Origin: a virus
Taxonomy: Duplodnaviria; Heunggongvirae; Uroviricota; Caudoviricetes
Strand: one strand, 5' to 3'
Length of the DNA: 64,000 nt
IMG/VR virus record: IMGVR_UViG_3300015615_001160
Location: 18,526-82,525 of that record
Below the pieces are notes generated by a model. That model had not been told where the DNA came from. It saw only the letters and a program-made list of their open reading frames with translations, and did not search any database. Position numbers and translations under genes: made by a program. Positions 43,566-54,900 of this stretch are shown in pieces. Numbering within the stretch: the stretch's first letter is position 1; the number at the start of each line of letters is the position of its first letter.

Positions 43566-43871
43566 ATGGAGCAACGCCCGCCAATCAACATCGTTGGCCC
43601 GCAGATAAAATATCTGCGCGAACAGGCTGGTCTGACGCAGGATATGCTCGCCGCGCGCTTGCAGGTCGTGGGTTGCGATCTTACGCGAGGAACGATTGCG
43701 AAGATTGAAGGTCGAATCCGGGGCGTCTCGGATCACGAGTTGCCATTCATTGCGGCTGCCCTCCGAGTCCCGATAGCCTCCCTTTTTCCTCCGAAGCCGG
43801 TTTCAGTTTACCGCAAGCCGAGGAATCCGGGCAGCACCCGTCGAACGCGACCCTCTCGGAAGGGTCGATAA
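43566..43871 (+). CDS. XRE-family helix-turn-helix transcriptional regulator
   Basis: IKYLREQAGLTQDMLAARLQV...TIAKIEGRIRGVSDHEL. It is divergent from the upstream operon. Confidence 0.65.
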   Translation: MEQRPPINIVGPQIKYLREQAGLTQDMLAARLQVVGCDLTRGTIAKIEGRIRGVSDHELPFIAAALRVPIASLFPPKPVSVYRKPRNPGSTRRTRPSRKGR

Positions 43872-44310
43872 GCAGCTCGGTTTAGACCAAAAACCGAGCG
43901 TCAAACTGTCAATCTGGAAGAGCCTACCCCCTCAGGCGCGCACGAGGGGACGGGTGGGCGAGGCCCCGAGGTCACGCACGACAAATAAAGCCTGCAATCT
44001 CAATGAATTTTGGCAGTCGTGTCGGTGTCTCCAAGCCCTTATACAAAGTGCTTAATTGCCGGGCAGATCGTCGCAGCACAGAGGAACGCCAGCGGGGCGC
44101 TGCCCGTTTTCAAAATTTTGTCCAGCTTCCGGGCCGTCTGACGCCCACCCTGTTATCCTTGGTCAGCGAATGAGACGGGGTGTGCTCAAAAAATCATTCG
44201 CTGAATTCCACCGACCGGCACACAGGGAGGAGACGGCCATTGTCGGGGGGTGTGGCGTATTCACAAAACCAGTTGATTATTTGAATACAGCGTGGTAGCT
44301 TTGTCGCTTA

Positions 44311-44961
44311 ATGAGCAGCTCGAAAACGCCTGTCGTCCTCCTAGTCAGAGTATCCACAGTTCGGCAAGAGACCTCACGCCAGATTTCGGAGTTGGAGGCT
44401 TACGCTGCCAGCAAGGGCTACGAGGTCGTCGAACTGTGCAAGGAGACGATCTCGGGCCGGGCTGACGAGGACGACCGCCACGGGTTGAAGCGAGCCGAAG
44501 CACTCGCCCGCGCTGGAGCGATCAAGAAAGTCCTCGTCCACGAGGTTTCCCGTTTGGCCCGGCGGAACAGCATCACACATCGGTTCGTTGAGGTGTTGGA
44601 GGAATGCGGAGTTTCGCTCTACTGGCACGCGCAGGGGATTGAAACCCTCCTGCCGAGCGGCAAGCGAAACCCAGCAGCGGGCATCATGCTCGCGCTGCTC
44701 GCCGAAATGGCGCGCGGGGAGGTTGAGACGCTGCGGGAGCGGATCAAGTCCGGGTTGGCCGAAGCTCGGCGCAAAGGGGTGAGGCTGGGCAGGCCGGAGG
44801 GCACATCGCTCGACCGGGACATCTTCCTTCAAAAGCACAAGGACATCGCACGATGGCTCAAGGCTGGTCAGTCGATCCGCAACGCTGCCAAGATCACGGG
44901 GAAGGGTATCTCGACGGTGCAGCGCGTGAAGACGGCGCTCGCCGAGCATGCATGCGCATAG
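44311..44961 (+). CDS. Small serine recombinase (resolvase/invertase family)
   Basis: N-terminal VVLLVRVSTVRQ with the catalytic Ser, and a C-terminal HTH. Confidence 0.8.
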   Translation: MSSSKTPVVLLVRVSTVRQETSRQISELEAYAASKGYEVVELCKETISGRADEDDRHGLKRAEALARAGAIKKVLVHEVSRLARRNSITHRFVEVLEECGVSLYWHAQGIETLLPSGKRNPAAGIMLALLAEMARGEVETLRERIKSGLAEARRKGVRLGRPEGTSLDRDIFLQKHKDIARWLKAGQSIRNAAKITGKGISTVQRVKTALAEHACA

Positions 44962-45455
44962 CGATGGGAACAAACCTTGAACTACCTAACTGGACAGCGG
45001 ATGCAGGCGGAAGAGAGCGATGGCTGGCTTGGATCGAGTCTCAGACCAAGCGGTGCTATCGTCGAGCAAAGGAGTGGGTAGCTCGATGCGACTCGAATAG
45101 ATCGTTACCCACGCGCTCCGAGTGGAGAGCAGCAATTACCAAGGCAGTGCGTGAGTCGGATGGGGTGGCATTTTTTTCTCGGCTACCGCTCTCGCTCGGG
45201 ACGGAACGAACCAACACTCATGCGCTCTGGCCGTCGGTCGATCACTGCGAGCACCCTACTGTGGCAGCCGTCGTGATCGAAACGCGGCTCATAAACGACA
45301 TGAAGACGATCCTGTCGCAGACGGAATTCCGTGAGGTGATTGCTCACCTCGCCGTGACTCTTCAAATCCAGCCGCAGCAACTACCGTCCGACTGGAAGAG
45401 CAACAGAAGCTTTGCGAGAGAACAGATCACTGACGAGCCACCGCTCCCTGCCTGA
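44952..45455 (+). CDS. Hypothetical protein
   Basis: ORF starting MRIAMGTNLELPNWT, overlapping the recombinase stop. Confidence 0.35.
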   Translation: MRIAMGTNLELPNWTADAGGRERWLAWIESQTKRCYRRAKEWVARCDSNRSLPTRSEWRAAITKAVRESDGVAFFSRLPLSLGTERTNTHALWPSVDHCEHPTVAAVVIETRLINDMKTILSQTEFREVIAHLAVTLQIQPQQLPSDWKSNRSFAREQITDEPPLPA

Positions 45456-45466
45456 GTCTCTGGAGG

Positions 45467-46240
45467 TCAATTCAGCACCGCGACTCCCAGCCGGGCCGCC
45501 ATTTCGGCGACGAATGCTGCCATTTCGGCGGGAACGCTCGACCGCCATGCAGACAAATGTTCCGACAAGGTTTGCCCGGTAGTTCGCTTGCCGAGGCGTA
45601 GAAAAGCGAGAGACTTCCACCCGGAGGGTTTTTCCTCGAAGAGGGGGAGCAGTTCCATCGCGACGATGAAGTTTCTGTCCCGAAGGATCGAATCCAGCCG
45701 CATCGCTGGTTCGTTATCTGACAGCCAATCCCCGAAGACCTTTCCATTTCTGCTGTGCTCGGGCTTCGCGATGAGGTTCGCCACGTATGCCCACATTCGG
45801 GGAGCGATGCCCACACACTCCTCCCATGGCGGCTCTTCCCTCCATGATGTGGCCAATTTTCGCATGGCGAAAAGAGCTGCGAGTTCGCAGAGACTCTCTT
45901 CCAGCCACATGTTGGGGTGCTTCCCGCGCGGCTTAGAGGCCGAATCATCCGTGTGGGTTGTGAGGACGTGGCAGAACTCGTGACCGAATTGGTAGGCAAG
46001 TTGCAGCCAGTCGGAATCTCGGCTTTTGATTAGGACTTGAGCATGACCTGCCCCGCTGTGTGCGTCCACACAGCGGGGGCCGTAGTCGCTGCGGATCACG
46101 TCAATCGGCAGCACCCCTATCCCTGCGCAGTGCTTCCAGATTTCAAAAGCGGTTGACTGGCAGGTCAAATGCACCCGTTCGGACGGGGACGTGCCCCAAT
46201 CGCCGGGCAGGACGTTGAAGTTTAGTGTTGGCGCGGTCAT
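45467..46240 (-). CDS. HExxH-motif protein; putative zinc metallopeptidase
   Basis: AYQFGHEFCHVL. Confidence 0.4.
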   Translation of the reverse strand: MTAPTLNFNVLPGDWGTSPSERVHLTCQSTAFEIWKHCAGIGVLPIDVIRSDYGPRCVDAHSGAGHAQVLIKSRDSDWLQLAYQFGHEFCHVLTTHTDDSASKPRGKHPNMWLEESLCELAALFAMRKLATSWREEPPWEECVGIAPRMWAYVANLIAKPEHSRNGKVFGDWLSDNEPAMRLDSILRDRNFIVAMELLPLFEEKPSGWKSLAFLRLGKRTTGQTLSEHLSAWRSSVPAEMAAFVAEMAARLGVAVLN

Positions 46241-46372
46241 GAGATTGCGAGGCTGGATCGGGTGGCGGAGCTGGCATCCGATTCTAGCCCCTCGGACTGA
46301 TGTGTATTTGTTCCCTTATCAGAACAAAACCTTGTCGTTTCGCTCAGTGGTAGATATTACGCGCTGAGTCCT

Positions 46373-47632
46373 ATGAAAGCCAATCGGATAACCCTCAGTG
46401 CGGCCATCATTGCAGTGGTGACATTGCCTTCTAGTGGTGCCAGTGAGCGCGAAACAATGGAAGAGGGGGCGAAGGCAGGAAGCGCTCACGCTCAAGCGTG
46501 GCTCGCGCGGCGCTACTTTTATGGTGATGTGCTGGGTCTTGATCTCAACCGCGCACGCCAGTGGGCCAAGGCCGCTGCGGCTCAGGGAGACCCTCTCGGC
46601 ATCTTCATGTCCGCGCAGTTTGCGGGGAGCAATGACGTGCAAGCCAGTCTCAATGCGAGTGCGGCCTACACTCGGTGCTTGCCCGGATTGAAAGCACTTG
46701 CTGACGAAGGTGATGCCGACGGTCAAGCCGCTCTCGGGTTCCTCTACCTGATGGGGCTCGCGGTTCCGCAGGACGCGAAGGAGGCGTTGAGACTGTTTCG
46801 GGCCGCCGCCGAACAAGGGGATGCCGTAGGCGAAACCTCATTGGCCATGATGTATAGCGATGGTTTAGGCGTCGCAAAAGACTCAGCGGAGTCTTTGAGG
46901 TGGTGGAGAAGAGCTGCTGAGCGAGGGCACGCTTTCGCTCAGACGGCGCTGGGTGTAAGTTATGTGCGCGGCGAAGGCACGCCGCGCAACGTCGAAGAAG
47001 GCGCGCGTTGGCTACGCATGAGTGCAGAGCAGGGCGTCGCGGACGGACAATACGAGCTAGCCTGTTTGTATGATCGAGGATTGCTCCGGTCCAACAACGC
47101 ATTCGCGGTCACCGTTCAACTGCTCGGGATGGCCGCGCGCCAAGGACACGCCAATGCCAAAACGAGGCTTTCACAAATGCTTTCCGCACGGGATGTGGAC
47201 CAACTTATCAGTGGAAACAAAAGTGCGCGAAGTGCCAATGCCACGACCACAGTGCCGAGAGTCAACGTAGGCAAGTCCACGAGCGCGGCTTCGTCGCAAA
47301 CTCGACCTTCGGCACCTACGCCGCAGCCGCTACGACCAGCCAACCCGGACAGCAGTATTCCCCGCGCCGAACCGCGCGCTGATGCCGCCGAGGGACCAAG
47401 CGACGAGGCTGTGCGAAAGAAGCTATCGCTGTTGTTCGGCTCGGGAGCGAGCGAGTTCACAAGTTTCAAACGCGGCACCGTGGTCCAAGGTGCTGGTGGT
47501 CTCATACCCAAGGGAGTGCCAGTCTATCCGATTCGGATCGAAAAGCAGGGACATCCGTTCGACATCTACTTTTTCCAAGACGAGTTCGGCGACTGGAAGT
47601 GCAACCTCAAGGGGACGCGGCTTGTTCAGTGA
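46373..47632 (+). CDS. Sel1-repeat (TPR-like) protein with a signal peptide
   Basis: Multiple Sel1 units (AQ..LG..Y..G.GV..D...A..W...AA.QG) and an N-terminal signal MKANRITLSAAIIAVVTLPSSGA. Confidence 0.75.
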   Translation: MKANRITLSAAIIAVVTLPSSGASERETMEEGAKAGSAHAQAWLARRYFYGDVLGLDLNRARQWAKAAAAQGDPLGIFMSAQFAGSNDVQASLNASAAYTRCLPGLKALADEGDADGQAALGFLYLMGLAVPQDAKEALRLFRAAAEQGDAVGETSLAMMYSDGLGVAKDSAESLRWWRRAAERGHAFAQTALGVSYVRGEGTPRNVEEGARWLRMSAEQGVADGQYELACLYDRGLLRSNNAFAVTVQLLGMAARQGHANAKTRLSQMLSARDVDQLISGNKSARSANATTTVPRVNVGKSTSAASSQTRPSAPTPQPLRPANPDSSIPRAEPRADAAEGPSDEAVRKKLSLLFGSGASEFTSFKRGTVVQGAGGLIPKGVPVYPIRIEKQGHPFDIYFFQDEFGDWKCNLKGTRLVQ

Positions 47633-47690
47633 ACGCCGCGCGAGACTGGCTGTTTTGCTGCCGCTTCTTGATTCGCCTCCCCGATGTAAG

Positions 47691-48578
47691 CTACAAGCTC
47701 TGGAGCATGGGCGGGATTTCGCCGTCACGTTCCACCACGACGCCTTTTTCGATGAAGAAGTCGTCGAGAGCACGACCGAGGTCCGAACGAATCGCCTCAC
47801 GGCTGCGTTCCTGCGAGGTTTCGACGAGCGCATCCGGCAGCATTGCCTTAATGGTTTCTTCTACCGCAATAGCTTCGGTTTCGACCAAGTGGGGCGAGAT
47901 GAGGACTTCTTTGATAAGTGCCCCAGCATCTACTGGTAGGATGACTCCGCTCCGTCCGCTGTCGTCCGCGAACGCGAAGCGCACCTCCTTTTCGTGCTGG
48001 TAGCAACGCTGCTTGAAAAAGTATGGTCGCCACAAAAGTGCCTCGTGGTGAAAGAGTGAGTGAGGCCGTATGCGGTCCACATACTCAACTCGTCCGCAGA
48101 GAGCCTCAATGTCGCACTTGGAGAACGCAGCCTCAATCGACTGGATGTCGCTGCGGACGGCGACACCCTGATGTGCGTAGATGTGCCAAAGAGCCATCGA
48201 CTCGATGTCAGCAGCGTGCCAGCACCAAACGCATCGACGGGCGGCCAGTTCACGGAGCCAGATTTGCAGGATGATTCTTTGCCAAGCGTTGGAGTCCCCG
48301 TTGTTCTTGATGAAGGAGGTTTCCCACCTTTCGGCGCGTCCCAAAAACCATTCCGAATGGTCTGTCAGGTCGGCCAGCCGAGGCACCATCGTAAAATCGG
48401 CGTCGGCGGGAATGCAGGCCTCATTCGGATCGTCCTTCTGTAGCTGACGAACCGTGGGAATGAAGATTCGACCTTGGAGCAGCAACAGCAAAGTGCTCAA
48501 ACGCATGTAACGCCAGAGTGGCTCTGTATCTCTGACGCTTCGCTCTGGATGCTCGGGGAAAACTTGATGGATTTTCAT
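47691..48578 (-). CDS. DUF2971-like hypothetical protein
   Basis: The N-terminus MKIHQVF...LWRYMRLSTLLLLLQGRIFIP...DDPNE resembles the DUF2971 signature. Start at ATG 48576-48578. Confidence 0.4.
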   Translation of the reverse strand: MKIHQVFPEHPERSVRDTEPLWRYMRLSTLLLLLQGRIFIPTVRQLQKDDPNEACIPADADFTMVPRLADLTDHSEWFLGRAERWETSFIKNNGDSNAWQRIILQIWLRELAARRCVWCWHAADIESMALWHIYAHQGVAVRSDIQSIEAAFSKCDIEALCGRVEYVDRIRPHSLFHHEALLWRPYFFKQRCYQHEKEVRFAFADDSGRSGVILPVDAGALIKEVLISPHLVETEAIAVEETIKAMLPDALVETSQERSREAIRSDLGRALDDFFIEKGVVVERDGEIPPMLQSL

Positions 48579-48658
48579 GAACTGGTCGAGTGAGTGCGTC
48601 GTCGAACCGTCGCAGCGTGGCCGCAGCGTGCCCTTGAATCGTTTTGCATCGTCACGCG

Positions 48659-49660
48659 CTATAGCAAATGCACTCGGGCTTCGACCTTTTTGGCCGGGAA
48701 TAGCTTCGAGAGCAATTCGATGGCCACTTCCACGTCGTCCTGACCGGTATGTCTGAGGCTTGCGTGCGCCCCTACGATATGGTTGACGGTTCCCAGCAGA
48801 TGCTGCGTAGCGGTTACGAGGTTTGCAGGATTGGAGACTGCATCCGCCAACCAAGCAGCAAATTGCTCCCCGATTTTGGCGAGGCGGTTGATGGCACGTT
48901 GCGGGTCGGTGGCGACCAGTTGACGCGGCTCAGAACCCTCGTTCTGCGCGACGGCAGGTGCTGGAGATGCGATTTCGGCCTCACGCTGCGGCGGGAACAT
49001 TGAGGTCACGGAAGCCTTGACGATTTTTGCGGTCACGGGTCCGGGAGCAGAAGCGCAGGCATGCTGCCACGCCGCAACTTGGTTTGCGGGACTTAATCCT
49101 ACGAGCGGCCTGATCTGGGACTCATGCGTCGGCAGTGGCATGTCGCCAATTGGCAACAGATTCGCCGCGACCTCCGCCGCCTGCATCCACCGATATGCTT
49201 GGGAGCGGTGAACCTCGAACCTGTCGCGGACATACTCCTCGAACGTCTCATGGGTCCGCAGGAAGAGCCGCTGGTCGCGGATTTGTTTTAAGGCTTCCCC
49301 GGCTTCCCACGCACACTTGAAGCCGCGTTCGACGACCTCCTCATATTGCGCCAAGGTCATGCTGCGTTCGTCTGCCTCGGCTGTGCTCGGCTCTGGCGCT
49401 GATGTCGACGAGTCGACCATAGGCTGCATGATCTCGGCTTCATTTCGCCACGTCCGCCACGCGGTCAAAACCTCGACTGCACGTTGATGCCCCCTTAGTC
49501 TGAGGGGCCGGACGAGGGCGCTTGGCGTGATCGCGACGCCCTGTGCTTGCAGGGCTTCAATCGCACCGAAATGCTTCTCCATTTCAGCAGATGGGTGCCG
49601 AGAGACCTCGTGTCGCACGGTGGCTTGGGCACTTTGGATTTCGTGTAAGGGTGTAGTCAT
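48659..49660 (-). CDS. Hypothetical protein
   Basis: ORF with start MTTPLHEIQSA. Confidence 0.4.
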   Translation of the reverse strand: MTTPLHEIQSAQATVRHEVSRHPSAEMEKHFGAIEALQAQGVAITPSALVRPLRLRGHQRAVEVLTAWRTWRNEAEIMQPMVDSSTSAPEPSTAEADERSMTLAQYEEVVERGFKCAWEAGEALKQIRDQRLFLRTHETFEEYVRDRFEVHRSQAYRWMQAAEVAANLLPIGDMPLPTHESQIRPLVGLSPANQVAAWQHACASAPGPVTAKIVKASVTSMFPPQREAEIASPAPAVAQNEGSEPRQLVATDPQRAINRLAKIGEQFAAWLADAVSNPANLVTATQHLLGTVNHIVGAHASLRHTGQDDVEVAIELLSKLFPAKKVEARVHLL

Positions 49661-49701
49661 TCCATGTAAGAACAAGAAATGCGGAGCAAGAATGTGACGA
49701 T

Positions 49702-50061
49702 TTAAGCCGCCGCTGCGCTCTCGGTCAGACAAGGACGCAGCGCTGGCTTCCGGGTGGCAGGAGCGTTCTTTTCTGCCCAGTGCTTCGTGATTGCTTTGGT
49801 TGCTTTGGAAAGCCACTCGGCGCTTTGGGCTATTCCTTCCACGTGGACCGCCGCGAAATACTTGGGCGCGTTGGCGGCTGGGCTACCTAAGGGTTTGAGC
49901 AGTCCTGCCCGGTTCAGGATTGGAATGTCGTGCGGCAGGAAGCCGAGCAAGAAGGCTGTCTGCTCTACGTTGAGACGCGCTGGCAACCTCGTGGCGTTCA
50001 ACACGAATTGCGGAGGCAGGGACTGCGCGGATGGCGAATGCGCAGGTGGATTGAGATTCAT
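49702..50061 (-). CDS. Excisionase/AlpA-like helix-turn-helix DNA-binding protein
   Basis: A small HTH protein immediately downstream of the integrase on the same strand. Confidence 0.45.
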   Translation of the reverse strand: MNLNPPAHSPSAQSLPPQFVLNATRLPARLNVEQTAFLLGFLPHDIPILNRAGLLKPLGSPAANAPKYFAAVHVEGIAQSAEWLSKATKAITKHWAEKNAPATRKPALRPCLTESAAAA

Positions 50062-50261
50062 TGGTCACTTCTGACGATGCGAACACCCGCAACGGCCTCA
50101 AGCTCTCGCCCAGTTTCCGAGAAAGAGGCTACGCGCATGTCCAAATTCGGTTGTTAAACTGAACTGGGCGTCAGAAGGCTCCCGCGCAGCCTCCGGCTGC
50201 TTGCTACCTTTAGCTATGCTTTGGGAAGAGGCGCTTGCGGCTTGGCGGCGTGGCCCCTGTT

Positions 50262-51470
50262 CTAGCTGGCTTGTGACGCCGGGTCATTCACGTCGGTCGC
50301 GGTTCCTGTCAAATTGTTTCCCGCTGGAGCTTCAAAAGGCACGATTTTCGACGTGTTTGGCTCCCACGTTTCAAGAGGTGGGCATTCCACTTTGGCGCTG
50401 CGGGCGTAGGCGCGATGGACGGCTTTGCTGGCGTGTCCGAGGGCTGCTTGGGCGAACCTTTCCGGGTATCCGTTCGCGTAGGCGCGTTCCGCCCACCCGT
50501 ATCGAAAACTGTGGAGGCTGATGCCAGTGATTCGGAGGACCCTGCACCTCCGCCGAAATTCAGAAGAACGGCGGCCAGCGTCTTCGCGAGTGATGATCGG
50601 AAACAGTGCCCCAGTTCTCGGGAGAGTGTGAAGTAACGCTTCGAGGGTTGGACCGATCTTGAGGCGGCATGGCGCGCTGTCGTTCCTCAGTTTTTTTCGG
50701 GAGTAGATCAGCACGCGGTTCGCCCAGTCGATGTTCTCCGCCGTCAGCATAGCGGCGTCGGTCTGGGCGGCCCCAGTCTCCCAAAGCAGTCGGTAATAGG
50801 CGCATCGTTCGGCGTTCTTCTCCGCCGCTACAATCGCCTCGAATTGCTCTCGCGTGATCCCTTTTCTTCTGGTTGCGGGCAATGACGGCCACGCCTTTGG
50901 TGGGAGAATCGGCCCGAGAAGCCATCCGAGATTCAGCGCGAGATTGTGGAAGCGTCGCAGGTAGTTATTCGTGGCGGCTCCGCCGCCTTTGAGGACCGCC
51001 AATAAATCTTCCGCCTCCGTTTCAATGATGACCTTGTCGCGGATCGAATCGAAGCTTCGGCTGGCGGCTGCCCGGCGACTGCGTTCCTGCGATGATTCAC
51101 GCCCATGGCTGGCGAACATCGCGAATGCCTCACTCCATGTCCGTTTCAGCATCTTCGGGTCTTGCGCGGCTAGAAACGCCTTTGCCATCGCTCGGTTCAA
51201 GATTGGCTGCTGGGCCGCCATGTTTTTGGCCACCAAGATGGTTACGCGCACGCGTTCGCCCTTCGCGTTGATCATCGTGAATCGCTTCGACGCCTTCTGC
51301 GCGGCTTCGAGGCCGGCGAAGAACGCCGCTTCCAGCGCGGCCTCGACGAGCCAGACGGCGTGCTCGTGAAAATCGAGGCTGTCGCTCTTGCGGGCATCGA
51401 GCGTTTCGAGTCCGAGGACGTTCTTGGCGATGTCCTCGATGGTCTTGCGGTGGTGCTTGGGCAGGCTCAT
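50262..51470 (-). CDS. Tyrosine site-specific recombinase (phage integrase family)
   Basis: C-terminal catalytic region LHSFRYGWAERAY...LGHASKAVHRAYARS, which supplies the R/H/R/Y residues. Confidence 0.85.
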   Translation of the reverse strand: MSLPKHHRKTIEDIAKNVLGLETLDARKSDSLDFHEHAVWLVEAALEAAFFAGLEAAQKASKRFTMINAKGERVRVTILVAKNMAAQQPILNRAMAKAFLAAQDPKMLKRTWSEAFAMFASHGRESSQERSRRAAASRSFDSIRDKVIIETEAEDLLAVLKGGGAATNNYLRRFHNLALNLGWLLGPILPPKAWPSLPATRRKGITREQFEAIVAAEKNAERCAYYRLLWETGAAQTDAAMLTAENIDWANRVLIYSRKKLRNDSAPCRLKIGPTLEALLHTLPRTGALFPIITREDAGRRSSEFRRRCRVLRITGISLHSFRYGWAERAYANGYPERFAQAALGHASKAVHRAYARSAKVECPPLETWEPNTSKIVPFEAPAGNNLTGTATDVNDPASQAS

Positions 51471-51844
51471 TTCGTGGCTCCTTTCTTCGCGAGCTTCGCG
51501 GCGGCGATTTGCCGCGCTTTGTCAAAGCCGACCCACTTCGCGCTCTCGTCCTGCCCGCGCGCTGCCAGCTCGATGATCGCGAGCGCGTTGAGGTCGAGTT
51601 CGCCGCGGGCGACCGCGGCGAGCGCCGCGCTGCCCATGCATTGAAGCTGCCCGCTCGCTTCGTTTTCGGCGTCAAAATACCCGCCCGCGAGGAACGCTTC
51701 GACGTGGTCTTGGGTCTTGAGGCCGGGCTTCGCGCTCGGCGCTTTTGGCTGGCGTGGAGTGGTTTTCATCGTGGCGACGTGTTCGCTCCACGCCCGAAAA
51801 CCAGCAAGGTAATCACCCCGATTTATCTCCCATTTTGGGTGCAT
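51467..51844 (-). CDS. Hypothetical protein overlapping the integrase start
   Basis: The 4-nt overlap suggests translational coupling with int. An alternative start is MKTTPRQ at 51769. Confidence 0.35.
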   Translation of the reverse strand: MHPKWEINRGDYLAGFRAWSEHVATMKTTPRQPKAPSAKPGLKTQDHVEAFLAGGYFDAENEASGQLQCMGSAALAAVARGELDLNALAIIELAARGQDESAKWVGFDKARQIAAAKLAKKGATK

Positions 51845-51910
51845 TGATGCGCGAAGTGGCGCAGATGTTGATTAGTTGGCCGACCAGATCGCCCGGACTT
51901 TCTTTCCCGA

Positions 51911-54900
51911 TTGAAGCAGGCGTCTGTATGGTTCTCGCCCGTATGGCCACTTCCGATGGAAATAATCGACAACATCAACCACCTGCTCGGCGATAGCCTG
52001 AAGCAGACGATCACGCCGGGGGCGAAGCTCAAGATCGCCGCGTCGTGTTTTTCGATTTACGCGTTTGAAGCGCTCAAGGCCGAGCTGGAGAAAATCGAGT
52101 CGCTCCATTTCATTTTCACCTCGCCGACGTTCGTGCCCGGCGATGTCACCGACAAGGTCAAGAAGGAGCACCGCGAATTTCATATTCCGAAGCTCGAACG
52201 CGAGCGGAGTCTTTACGGCAGCGAGTTCGAGGTTCGGCTCCGCAATGAACTGACGCAAAAGGCTATCGCCAAAGAGTGCGCGACGTGGATGCGAGACAAG
52301 GCGGTTTTTCGCTCGAATCGCGGGTGCGCCCCGATGCAGCAGTTCGCGGGTGTCAGCGCGGACGGCAAAGAGTCCGTCTATCTCCCGCTTCACGGATTCA
52401 CGGCCGTCGATCTCGGCTACGAGAAGGGCAACGCCATCTCGAACTTCGTGAATCGAATGGACGAGCAGCCGCTCACCACGACCTACCTCTCGCTGTTCGA
52501 TCAAATCTGGAACGACCCGGAGAAGCTGGAGGACGTGACCGCGAAGCTCTGCGAGCACATCGCGTCCGTGTATCAGGAGAACTCGCCGGAGCGCATCTAC
52601 TTCCTGATGCTCTACAACATCTTCAGCGAGTTTCTGGAGGACATCAGCGCGGACGTGCTGCCGAACGACCGCACCGGCTACCAGGACAGCCTCGTTTGGA
52701 AGAAGCTCTACAACTTCCAGCGCGACGCGGCGACGGGCGTGATCAACAAGCTGGAGACTTACAACGGCTGCATCCTTGCCGACAGCGTGGGCCTCGGGAA
52801 GACGTTCACCGCGCTGGCCGTGGTGAAATACTACGAGCTGCGAAACAAGTCGGTGCTCGTCCTCTGCCCGAAGAAGCTGGCCGACAACTGGCTCACTTAC
52901 AAAGGCAACCTCGTCACGAACATCTTCGCCAAAGACCGCTTCGGCTACGACGTGCTCTGCCACACCGATCTCCTCCGCGAGAGCGGTTACTCGTTCGGCA
53001 TGGCGCTCAATCGCGTGAACTGGGGCAACTACGACCTCGTCGTCATCGATGAGTCGCACAATTTCCGCAACAACACGGCGTTCGAGGATCGCGAGACGCG
53101 GTATCAGCGCCTGCTGAACCAAGTAGTCCGGCAGGGCGTGAAAACGAAAGTGCTCATGCTCTCGGCGACCCCGGTGAATAATCGCTTCACCGACCTGCGG
53201 AATCAGCTTGCGCTCGCCTACGAGGGCGACCCGGAAAACCTGAGCGCGAAGCTGAAATCGAAGAAGACGATTGATGAAATCTTCCGGCGCGCACAGACGG
53301 CGTTCAACGCATGGTCGCTGCTCCCCGCCGAGCAGCGCACCGCCGCAGCCATCCTCGATGCGCTCGACTTCGATTTCTTCGAGGTGCTCGACAGCGTGAC
53401 GATTGCGCGCTCGCGCCGACACATCCAGACCTACTACGACACGAAGGACATCGGCACCTTCCCTGAGCGATTGAAGCCGCTGTCCTTCCACTGCCAGCTC
53501 ACTCACCGCAAGGACGTCATCGGCTTCAACGAAATCTTCGCGCGCCTGAGTATGCTCACGCTCGCAGTGTATGCGCCGTTGAGCTACGTGCAGCCGAGCC
53601 GGTTGCGGAAATACGAAGAGCTTTACGATCCGGGCGATGAGATCGGTCACGGCAACCTCGGGCAGTCAGGACGCGAGAAGGGCATCCAGGCCCTGATGAC
53701 CGTGAACCTGCTCAAGCGCCTCGAAAGCTCCGTGCATTCGTTCCGCCTCACGCTCCAGAGTCTTGCGGACAATCACGAGCGCACGCTGGCGAAAATCGCC
53801 GCGTTCAAGAAGACCGGTCGCGACGCCACGTTTGCCGATGTCTCGCCTGCTTTCGCCGACGTGGAGCCGGAGGACGACGACGAAATTCCCGATCCGGACG
53901 ACGCGCAGATTGGGAGCAACGTGCAGATCAATCTCTCCGACATGGATCTCCCGCGCTGGGAGCACGAACTGCGCGCCGACCTCGCCATCATCGAAGCATT
54001 GCTCGCCGAGATGCGGAAGATTACGCCCTCTGACGACGCGAAGCTCCAGCACATCAAGACGACGATCCTCAGCAAACTGGCGTCGCCCATCAATTTGGCG
54101 AACAAGAAAGTCCTGGTGTTCACCGCCTTCGCCGACACTGCGGATTACCTCTATGAGCATCTCGCGCCGTTCTTCCTCGAAAAGGCAGGGCTTCAATCCG
54201 GCAAGGTCACGGGTGCGGGCAGCCCGAAGAGCACGCTGAAAAAGAGCTACGACTTCCAGTCGTTGCTCACGCTGTTTTCTCCACGCTCAAAGGAGAAAGC
54301 GGCCATTCTGCCCAAAGAGCCCGGCGAGATTGATCTACTCATCGGCACCGACTGCATTTCCGAGGGGCAGAACCTCCAGGACTGCGACTACCTCATCAAC
54401 TACGACATCCACTGGAACCCCGTCCGCATCATCCAGCGCTTCGGGCGCATCGACCGCATCGGCTCGCAGAACCGCTGCATCCAGCTCGTGAACTACTGGC
54501 CGGACATCACGCTCGACGAATACATCAACCTCAAGGAGCGCGTCGAAAGCCGCATGGTCATCGCCGACGTCACTGCCACGGGCGACGACAATCCCCTCGA
54601 CGCCAAGGCCAATGATGTCGCCTACCGTCGCGAGCAGCTTCGCCGTCTTCAGGAGGAAGTCATCGAACTGGAAGACCTCAAGACCGGCATCTCCATCACC
54701 GATCTCGGCTTGAACGATTTCCGCATGGACTTGGTGAACTACGTGAAAACGCACAGCGACCTCGCCAGCCTGCCAAACGGAATGCACGCCGTTGTCCCTG
54801 CGGCTCCCGAACGCGGCCTCGTCCCCGGCGTCATCTTCGCCCTGCGGAATCGCAACGACGGCGTGAACATCAACCAGCAGAACCGCCTGCACCCCTACTA

